From: Longimicrobiales bacterium
GTDB lineage: Bacteria > Gemmatimonadota > Gemmatimonadetes > Longimicrobiales > Gaopeijiaceae
Length of the DNA stretch: 64,000 nt
NCBI GenBank assembly: GCA_965249725.1
Contig: CBDFMQ010000002.1
Span: 2,752,001-2,816,000 of the forward strand
Direction: 5' to 3'
Shown: positions 57,719-64,000 of the stretch, piece by piece
Position numbering within the stretch: position 1 is the stretch's first letter
How the letters are laid out: each line of letters begins with the position of its first letter
Made by a program: the position numbers and the translations under genes
The notes under the pieces: generated by a model
Told to the model about the DNA's origin: nothing
The model's input: the letters and a program-made list of their open reading frames with translations, nothing else
Database searches by the model: none

Positions 57719-59310
57719 GCCATTCCTTCGAGGACCTGGAAGTCGCCCCCGAACTCGTCGAGGCGCTGTCGGCCGAAGGGCTCGAGGAGCCGACCGAGTT
57801 CCAGCGAGCCGCCATTTCGGTCGTGCGCCGCGGCAACAACCTTCTTGGAGCGGTCGGACCCGGTGCCGGTACGCTTGTCGCCTACGGCGTAGCGCTTCTC
57901 GAGCGCATCGACGCCGGAGCCGGACGACCCGGGGCCGTGGTCCTCACGGCGACCAGCGAGGCCGCTACGGCGCTCGCTGAGTCGCTGGGACGAATCGCAT
58001 TGGCCACAGGCCACACCGTCGGGGCGTTCGGAGGGACATGGGCGCTGCCGGAGAAGTCGGACGTCCTGTTCGGCATCGCTGGGAACGTACGGGCGGCGGT
58101 GGACGGCTCTCAACTCACCCTCGAAGGCGTTCAAAGCGTGGTCGTGGACGGCGCCAGTGCCATCGAAGCCGGCTCCGGCTTGGAGCCGGTAGGGGCCCTC
58201 TTCGAGTATCTGACCCCAGGGATCCAGCGCATCGTTCTCAGCCTGCCGGTCACCGAGGCCGTCGACGCACTCGTCTCGGCGCACGTGCCCAAGGCAGTTC
58301 AGATACCACCCCGGCCCATCTCCGACGAGCCTGGAGAGAAGCCGCCGGCCAGGGGAGAGTTGCGCTTCCGGATCACACCTGAAGACAAGGTCGAGGGCCT
58401 ACTCCGTCTCGTGGCCGAGCTCTTCGCGGACGGGGCTCGGCATGTGCTCGTGTATTGCCGCTCCGAGGACCGCGTCGCCGATGTCAGCGACTACCTGGCC
58501 CTTCATGGCTACCTGGCGGGAGCCCCGGGAGATGAGTCGCTTCCCCTCTGGTTGTCCGTCGCGCCCCTCGAGGCACGGGAGGCGATGGCCACACTTCCCA
58601 CGCAGGAGGGCGTGTCCATCGTCAGTCTGGACTGTCCCCCGGATGTGGACACGCTCGACCGGCGGCACGGCGGGGGCGGCGAGGGCACGGTAGTGCTCCT
58701 CTCAAGAGAGATCCCCCACTTTCGGGACACCTCCCGGCGAGCCGGCTATGGCGTCCGGCCGCTTCCGCCGCCGCCGTCCGTGGTGGAGGATCACGTCAGC
58801 GAGATCCGACAACGGCTGGCGGACACGGCGAAGCGCGAAGACCTCGCGCCGCACTATCTGATCCTGGAGCCGCTGTTGGAGCGCTTCAGCCCTCAGGAGC
58901 TCGCCGCCGCCGCTCTGGCTCTTCTGTCGAAGCCGACCGCCGGAACCGCGGACCACCACTCCACAACCAGCCACCCGGCGGCCAAAGCCCGGGCCGAGCA
59001 GGCCAGTGGAACCGACGGCTGGACGCGCCTTTTCGTCAGCATCGGCGATATGGAGGGCGTAAGTCCGGGGAGCCTCTTAGGCACCCTGGCGGGCGAATCG
59101 GGCGTGGACGGTTCTCAGTTCGGGAAGATCGAGATCCGAGAGACCTTCTCGCTGGTGGAGGTACGCCCTGCACAGGCCGAGAAGGTGATCAAGGCGGTCA
59201 ACGGCCTGAGTATCCGGGGACGAAGCACCCGGGTGGACTATGACCGCGGCGCGGGGAGCAAGGGCAGTAAGCCGGCGAATCGTCCGGGGTCGCGCCCCCG
59301 TCCCCGCTGA
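57715..59310 (+). CDS. Degenerate DEAD-box-like protein with DbpA/CsdA-type RNA-binding domain
   Basis: Q motif kept (SFEDL..PTEFQ); motifs I, Ia, II, III and VI altered. C-terminal TRLFVSIG...GKIEIRETFSLVEV. Confidence 0.82.
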   Translation: MSHSFEDLEVAPELVEALSAEGLEEPTEFQRAAISVVRRGNNLLGAVGPGAGTLVAYGVALLERIDAGAGRPGAVVLTATSEAATALAESLGRIALATGHTVGAFGGTWALPEKSDVLFGIAGNVRAAVDGSQLTLEGVQSVVVDGASAIEAGSGLEPVGALFEYLTPGIQRIVLSLPVTEAVDALVSAHVPKAVQIPPRPISDEPGEKPPARGELRFRITPEDKVEGLLRLVAELFADGARHVLVYCRSEDRVADVSDYLALHGYLAGAPGDESLPLWLSVAPLEAREAMATLPTQEGVSIVSLDCPPDVDTLDRRHGGGGEGTVVLLSREIPHFRDTSRRAGYGVRPLPPPPSVVEDHVSEIRQRLADTAKREDLAPHYLILEPLLERFSPQELAAAALALLSKPTAGTADHHSTTSHPAAKARAEQASGTDGWTRLFVSIGDMEGVSPGSLLGTLAGESGVDGSQFGKIEIRETFSLVEVRPAQAEKVIKAVNGLSIRGRSTRVDYDRGAGSKGSKPANRPGSRPRPR

Positions 59311-59338
59311 TCCGAAAACCCACAGCTCTGAAAATAGA

Positions 59339-59378
59339 AGAGGCCACGCCCCCCTGACCGCGTCGGGGCGTGGCCTCT
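59339..59378. terminator. Hairpin terminator between convergent genes
   Basis: Perfect 14-bp inverted repeat AGAGGCCACGCCCC/GGGGCGTGGCCTCT, followed on the minus strand by TCTATTTT. Confidence 0.75.
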
Positions 59379-59424
59379 ATCCGATCCTTATGTCCTCAGG
59401 GGGGCTAACCCGCCCCGGCCGTTC

Positions 59425-59706
59425 CTACTGAATGGCGTCTTTCAGACCCTTACCGGCACGGAAGCCGGGGGTCTTGGAAGCCGGAATGTGAATCGTGGCG
59501 CCCGTGCGAGGGTTGCGACCCATACGGGCCTTACGATGCTTCGCCTCGAACGTGCCAAAGCCTGTGATCTGAACGCGTTCGTCTCTCCTCAGTGCCCCGG
59601 CGACAATGCCGCCTGAGCCGAAGAGTGCGTCCATGGCCCGAGAGGCGTCAGCCTTGGTCATGCCGGCGCGGTCGGCAAGGGCGTCTACCAGATCGGATTT
59701 GTTCAT
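59425..59706 (-). CDS. hup: HU family DNA-binding protein
   Basis: MNKSDLV, GFGTF, GRNPRTG, FRAGK.LK. AGGAGA RBS. Confidence 0.95.
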   Translation of the reverse strand: MNKSDLVDALADRAGMTKADASRAMDALFGSGGIVAGALRRDERVQITGFGTFEAKHRKARMGRNPRTGATIHIPASKTPGFRAGKGLKDAIQ

Positions 59707-59860
59707 TGCGGTTCTCCTCAAGAAATGTGATGAGATTCTGATCGCGGCCTCTGCTGGCCTTCATCGAGCCCCGTATGGGATCCTTGCGCCTCGGGCCTTT
59801 CGCGCAAGCGATCCGGGACAAATGGGCCGCGACTCATTCGGGCGAGCTTCGGTCTGGTCT

Positions 59861-59889
59861 ACGGTAAGGCCCACCCATCGGAGCGTCAA
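59861..59889 (-). promoter_or_regulatory. Putative sigma70 promoter of hup
   Basis: TTGACG-N17-TACCGT on the minus strand, about 155 nt upstream of the hup ATG. Confidence 0.5.
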
Positions 59890-59930
59890 GGAGAAAATTG
59901 GCCGAAAACCCGCATCCTGCCTAGCTTCTC

Positions 59931-60188
59931 ATGGCAGATGGCCTGGAGCTCCGTTTCGAGCAGGCCGCCATCCAATCCGATTCGAAGCTCGCGGGCCGCA
60001 CCCTCATGGAAGCACGCATTCCTCAGGAGACGGGCTTGATCGTGATCGCGGTGAGAAAGCTGACCGACGAGACCCATCAGTTCATCTTCAACCCGGTGGC
60101 CGATACGAGATTAGAGCCGGGCGATGAGATGATCGAGTTGGGTCAGCCAAATCAGGTCGAGAAGTTACGGAAATACACCCGGGACTGA
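59931..60188 (+). CDS. Stand-alone TrkA-C (RCK_C) domain, possibly a gene fragment
   Basis: S.LAGRTL.EA.I.Q.TGL.VIAVRK, FNP...TRL..GD.MI.LG. Confidence 0.7.
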   Translation: MADGLELRFEQAAIQSDSKLAGRTLMEARIPQETGLIVIAVRKLTDETHQFIFNPVADTRLEPGDEMIELGQPNQVEKLRKYTRD

Positions 60189-60202
60189 GGGCACGGACGA
60201 GA

Positions 60203-60400
60203 TCAGTCCTCGTCGTCTCCGTCGCTTGCCGTGGAGCCGGTGCGGTAACGCTTGAAGAGCGTCAATACCGCATACCCAACCGCCATGATCAGGGCGAACT
60301 TGAGCACCATGCCCACAATCGGAAGGACGAGCGCGCCCAGGACCTTCCAGAGAACCACCCCCGAGAAGCCCGCCAGGGCGACTTGACCAAGCATCCTCAT
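60203..60400 (-). CDS. Small two-TM membrane protein
   Basis: 65-aa hydrophobic ORF with a GAGG RBS and an acidic tail. Confidence 0.65.
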   Translation of the reverse strand: MRMLGQVALAGFSGVVLWKVLGALVLPIVGMVLKFALIMAVGYAVLTLFKRYRTGSTASDGDDED

Positions 60401-60626
60401 CTCGACCTCTCATTCCGTTGAGCCATACGATCGTGGTGTCCCGCGCGGCTTGACCGCGCGACCACCCCCTACGGCTTGACCGCAGGACCGTGGTGTGCCC
60501 TACGGACGGTACGGTGGTGGAGTTTCGCGATGATCGGGAGGCACATACGGCAACGGAGGCTGCCGCCCATCTACCAACTGCGAGCGGTCGGGAGAGAGGA
60601 GCGTGCTGCGGGGACTCGACCGGCGT

Positions 60627-60842
60627 CTACTTGTAGCGGTAGGTCACGCGGCCCTTGCTGAGGTCGTACGGAGACAACTCGACCTTCACCCGGTCGCCCT
60701 CGAGAACGCGGATGTAGTGCTGCCGCATCTTCCCAGAAAGATATGCGAGCACTTCATGGCCGTTCTCCAACTCCACCCTGAACCTGGCGTTGGGGAGGAC
60801 CTCGCTCACAGTCCCTTCGATCTCAATCGCTTCTTTCGCCAC
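60627..60842 (-). CDS. infA: Translation initiation factor IF-1
   Basis: [24 protein letters not shown]...SGKMR..YIR...[17 protein letters not shown]. Confidence 0.97.
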   Translation of the reverse strand: MAKEAIEIEGTVSEVLPNARFRVELENGHEVLAYLSGKMRQHYIRVLEGDRVKVELSPYDLSKGRVTYRYK

Positions 60843-60925
60843 TCAGCCTCACATCCGGTCATTTGATTGCGGGAATGGACGATAGCACGCCCCCACAAGG
60901 CGAGCAACGACGCCGGCACAGGCCA

Positions 60926-63325
60926 TTATAGGCGGAACCGATAGCTGAGCTTCGCGAACAAGCCGTCCGCCGTTGGGTGAACGTCCTCGAAACCAAAGCG
61001 GCTGGCGTCTTCCATCTGTCGCGTATAGCCGAAGAAGAACACGGTGCCCGGCGAAGGCTCATAGGACAGGAGTCCCTCGACCAGGATGCCGTTGTCCGAA
61101 GACCCTTCAAGCGGATCACACCCTTCCTCGTCACACGACTCCAGCGGCAGGCCGGTCACTGGATCTCTGACCTCGCCTAGTTCGGCGCTGGCGTATTCCA
61201 CCGTCGCCCTCAGGAATAGCGCACGGTTGAACTGGTACTGGGCGTTGATCCTGGGAATGGTCGCCCGCGAATACCGGGACCCGTCCAGCTTACGATTGAG
61301 GACGGCATGTCGCACGGCCGCCTCCATCGACAGGAAGCGACTGGGAAGGATCGTCAGGCTGATCTCCCCACCCCAGCTGTTCGCGACGTCCACGGGAGCA
61401 CCGGTGGACCGATAGAAGATCGGCACTTCCTTGAAATCAGCGCTGATTCGACCGCGCAGCCGCTCATATCCGCTTGCATACATGAAGGCGTTGAAGCTAT
61501 TCAGCCCGGTGAACTGGTCGCTGTCCGGGAGGAATGGCTGGGGCACGCCCCCCGGCCGAGTAGCGAGTCCATCATAGTCTTCGGCCGGCGCTGAGAACTC
61601 CGACCTTCTCGCCGTTAGCCAGACACTGACGTTGTTGCGGAGGGATAGGCTCATCATGAGCCGGGCCTCGGCCTCGTTCCATCGATTGCCGTCCCAGAAG
61701 GACTCGTGGTCCCAGTACCCCTGCACTTCGAGGCTCGGGCCCCAGCGCTCCACGAGAGCCCCTCGGCCACCGTACCAATTGTATGAGACCTGAGTCTGAG
61801 CATGCGCCTCGGCCAAGCGGCGGATGAAGCCGCTTTCCGGCTTGAAGTCCGTGCTCAGGTCCTCGAAGAGGGCGCTGAAGGTCAGGCCTCGCCCGGCCCT
61901 CGCCAACTGCGCGTAAAAGAGGCCACCCGTTGTGGTCGAGCCACCGTCGTCCCGATCCCAGCTTCCGGCCCCCTGGACCTGGAGGGTGTACCGCCGCGCC
62001 ATCACGAAACGCCCCTCCAAACCCGTGACCCGGTTGAAGTCGGCGCTACTCCTGGTCCGATCCGTATAGATCGCCCCCACCGTGGACGCCGCCCCGAGGT
62101 CCTGCCGGAGTCGAACCAGGTTCACATAGGTGTCCCCGTCATCGCCCGCCTGGTCCGCGGCGCCCAGGTACCCGACGCTGGCCCCACCCACCTTGCCGGT
62201 GAGCTTTGCCCCCGTGATCGGATCCACGATGGTCCGCGTAAACACGAGCTGTTTGGGAAGGCCGAAGATCTCGGTGCCTTCGAGGAAGAACGGCCGCTTC
62301 TCGGGGAAAAACAGCGGAAACCGTGTCAGGTTGGTGCGCTGCTCATCCACCTCGACCTGCGCGAAGTCGGTGTTGGTGGTGAGATCCAGCGTAAGGGACG
62401 GCGTCAGCGTGATCTTCGCGTCTCCGCCGATCTCGCTGGGATAGTCGGTGTCACCAGCAGAGTTCACGTAATCACGCTCGACCGACGTCAGTAAGTAGGG
62501 ACTGACGGTCGCCGCCCGCTGGGTGGGCACCGGAACACCCGCGAGGTCCCCGGCGAGAGAGAGCCGGACGAGGTTGTACTGACGCGGGACGGGCGCCCAA
62601 AAGGATTCCTCGTTCCGTCGACGGATGCGCCGCACCATGTTGAGACCCCACGTCTGGACCGATCCGCCCGCATAGCGGAGCGTGGCGAAGGGGATCTTGA
62701 ACTCCGCGTACCACCCGTCTCCGTTCCTGGTGGTCGCGACCTCCCAGCTCGCGTCCCAGTTCAGGTTGAATCCGCCGGACGAGCCCCGCTGCTGCCGATT
62801 GCTTCCCGCGACCCGTCCCCCGCCCTCTCCCTCGTTGACCACCTGGCCATCGTATTCGATGGAGGACGGAGTGGTCGCGAACACGAACCCGTTTTGCCGG
62901 TCCCTGTACGTATCGAGGATGATGCCGAAGTGGTCGGCTACCTGAATGTTCGCGTCCCGCAGCCTCTCGCCCGAAACGATCTCGTCGGGGTTCCGATCGT
63001 AAAGCCACGCCCCCAGATAGAGCGCCTCTCCGTCGGAAACGATCCTTACCTCCGTGCGTTCCGAGACCGGGTCGCCCTCTACGGGCTCACGCTGAAAAAA
63101 CGCGGTGAGGGGCTCGCCCAGGGACCAGGCTTCGTCGTCGAGCCGGCCGTCGATGATCGGTGGGGCACCCGTGATGCGAGTCACAACGGCCACCGGACCG
63201 CTTTCGCGGCTCGCTACGCTCTGCTGCGCAGCAAGGACGACGGGGGTGAGGGAGGCCCATACAACCAGCGGAAGCGCCCGAGCGATCCTGGGGCGCCTGG
63301 ATACCGGACTATCCGGGAAAATCAT
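60926..63325 (-). CDS. CBM9-like + DUF5916-type outer-membrane protein
   Basis: Signal peptide, P.IDGRLDDEAW, GWYAEFKIPF, NTDFAQVEVD, EKRPFFLE, C-terminal KLSYRFRL. Confidence 0.82.
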   Translation of the reverse strand: MIFPDSPVSRRPRIARALPLVVWASLTPVVLAAQQSVASRESGPVAVVTRITGAPPIIDGRLDDEAWSLGEPLTAFFQREPVEGDPVSERTEVRIVSDGEALYLGAWLYDRNPDEIVSGERLRDANIQVADHFGIILDTYRDRQNGFVFATTPSSIEYDGQVVNEGEGGGRVAGSNRQQRGSSGGFNLNWDASWEVATTRNGDGWYAEFKIPFATLRYAGGSVQTWGLNMVRRIRRRNEESFWAPVPRQYNLVRLSLAGDLAGVPVPTQRAATVSPYLLTSVERDYVNSAGDTDYPSEIGGDAKITLTPSLTLDLTTNTDFAQVEVDEQRTNLTRFPLFFPEKRPFFLEGTEIFGLPKQLVFTRTIVDPITGAKLTGKVGGASVGYLGAADQAGDDGDTYVNLVRLRQDLGAASTVGAIYTDRTRSSADFNRVTGLEGRFVMARRYTLQVQGAGSWDRDDGGSTTTGGLFYAQLARAGRGLTFSALFEDLSTDFKPESGFIRRLAEAHAQTQVSYNWYGGRGALVERWGPSLEVQGYWDHESFWDGNRWNEAEARLMMSLSLRNNVSVWLTARRSEFSAPAEDYDGLATRPGGVPQPFLPDSDQFTGLNSFNAFMYASGYERLRGRISADFKEVPIFYRSTGAPVDVANSWGGEISLTILPSRFLSMEAAVRHAVLNRKLDGSRYSRATIPRINAQYQFNRALFLRATVEYASAELGEVRDPVTGLPLESCDEEGCDPLEGSSDNGILVEGLLSYEPSPGTVFFFGYTRQMEDASRFGFEDVHPTADGLFAKLSYRFRL

Positions 63326-64000
63326 GAACCGTGTATTGCTCGATCTTCTGGTCGTCGAACTCCCAGCCGATGCCCGGTCCGGTAGGAACCTCGATGTAGC
63401 CGTCCCTCAATTCCAATGGCTCCTTCACCAGCAGGTCGTGCAGCATGATCTCGGTGAATTCGACGACTGGGTCGGCGTTCTTAATCGCGCATCCCAGGTG
63501 CACCTTTGAAGCGACTATGTGACCAAGTCCATACTCGGTTCCAATAACGATGGGTTTCTCTGCCGCCTCGGCGACTGCAGCCCATTTCTTGACCCCCGAT
63601 ATCCCTCCCGCTTTGGAGCATTTCGTGTTGATGATATCGCAAGCATCGTTCTTGAGAAGCTGAAAGACCTGTTGAAGGGTGTCTGCAGCTTCGTCTGCCT
63701 CTACCGGTACATGTACTGTCTCGGAGATTCTTCTGGCACCCTCGAAATCAGTATTCGCCGTCGGTTGCTCAAGCAGCTCGAGCCCTACGTCGTATTCCTC
63801 GGCCAACCTGCAGAATCGAATCGCCTCATGTACCGTGTATCGTCGATTCGCATCAGCCCTCAGGCTGATCTCGTCTCCTAGGGCTTCTCTGATGGCCCTC
63901 AGAGATCGCGCATCTCTGTCGGGGTCCGTTCCGACCTTGGCCTTGATGCCCCTTATCCCCTGGTTGTAGTACTCCACGCTATGGGCGGCCATCTCATCCG
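63309..64000 (-). CDS. Mandelate racemase/muconate lactonizing enzyme family, 5' end outside window
   Basis: KAKVG, DAN, EQP, DE, K.SKAGG, P.GPGIG. Confidence 0.9.
   Translation of the reverse strand, partial: DEMAAHSVEYYNQGIRGIKAKVGTDPDRDARSLRAIREALGDEISLRADANRRYTVHEAIRFCRLAEEYDVGLELLEQPTANTDFEGARRISETVHVPVEADEAADTLQQVFQLLKNDACDIINTKCSKAGGISGVKKWAAVAEAAEKPIVIGTEYGLGHIVASKVHLGCAIKNADPVVEFTEIMLHDLLVKEPLELRDGYIEVPTGPGIGWEFDDQKIEQYTVHDFPG

Noticed and set aside
59898..59933. Amber read-through (pyrrolysine or recoding) extending the TrkA-C ORF from TTG 59898
   Set aside because: The extension is not domain-like, abuts the hup promoter, has short RBS spacing, and there is no supporting machinery in the window.

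Overview
A GC-rich, gene-dense bacterial chromosomal window with about 62 CDSs. I found no rRNA, tRNA, CRISPR array, transposase or integrase. Gene content (diderm LPS genes, PorX-like regulator, TolB/TPR cyclase, DUF5916-type OM protein) suggests Gemmatimonadota or a related lineage; this is inference only. Main blocks: (1) a pilT-containing operon with an apparently dead PilB paralogue and several unknown proteins; (2) LPS core and lipid A clusters (GT9-kdkA-GT9; porX-like-msbA-lpxL-GT2-DUF3108-methyltransferase); (3) a stand-alone, Tat-less reductive dehalogenase divergent from a solitary type IV pilin; (4) chdC-ctaB; (5) dhs-like-typA-thioredoxin-deaminase-aminotransferase-serA; (6) peptidases and D-amino-acid enzymes; (7) a cNMP-GGDEF cyclase; (8) an active DEAD-box helicase near a degenerate DEAD-box protein with a DbpA-type RNA-binding domain; (9) hup and infA. 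The best leads are the two pseudo-NTPases near active partners (pseudo-PilB with PilT; pseudo-DEAD with DEAD), the orphan RdhA, a Zn-ribbon membrane protein with repeated (HPS)GFxW motifs, a receptor-only tandem Cache-like protein, and a candidate G-rich sRNA at about 51302-51478. Three single-base frameshifts, an internally deleted ilvA and several lone odd substitutions suggest assembly error or gene decay, so single-residue claims need read-level confirmation. All calls come from reading motifs by eye; no database searches were run.
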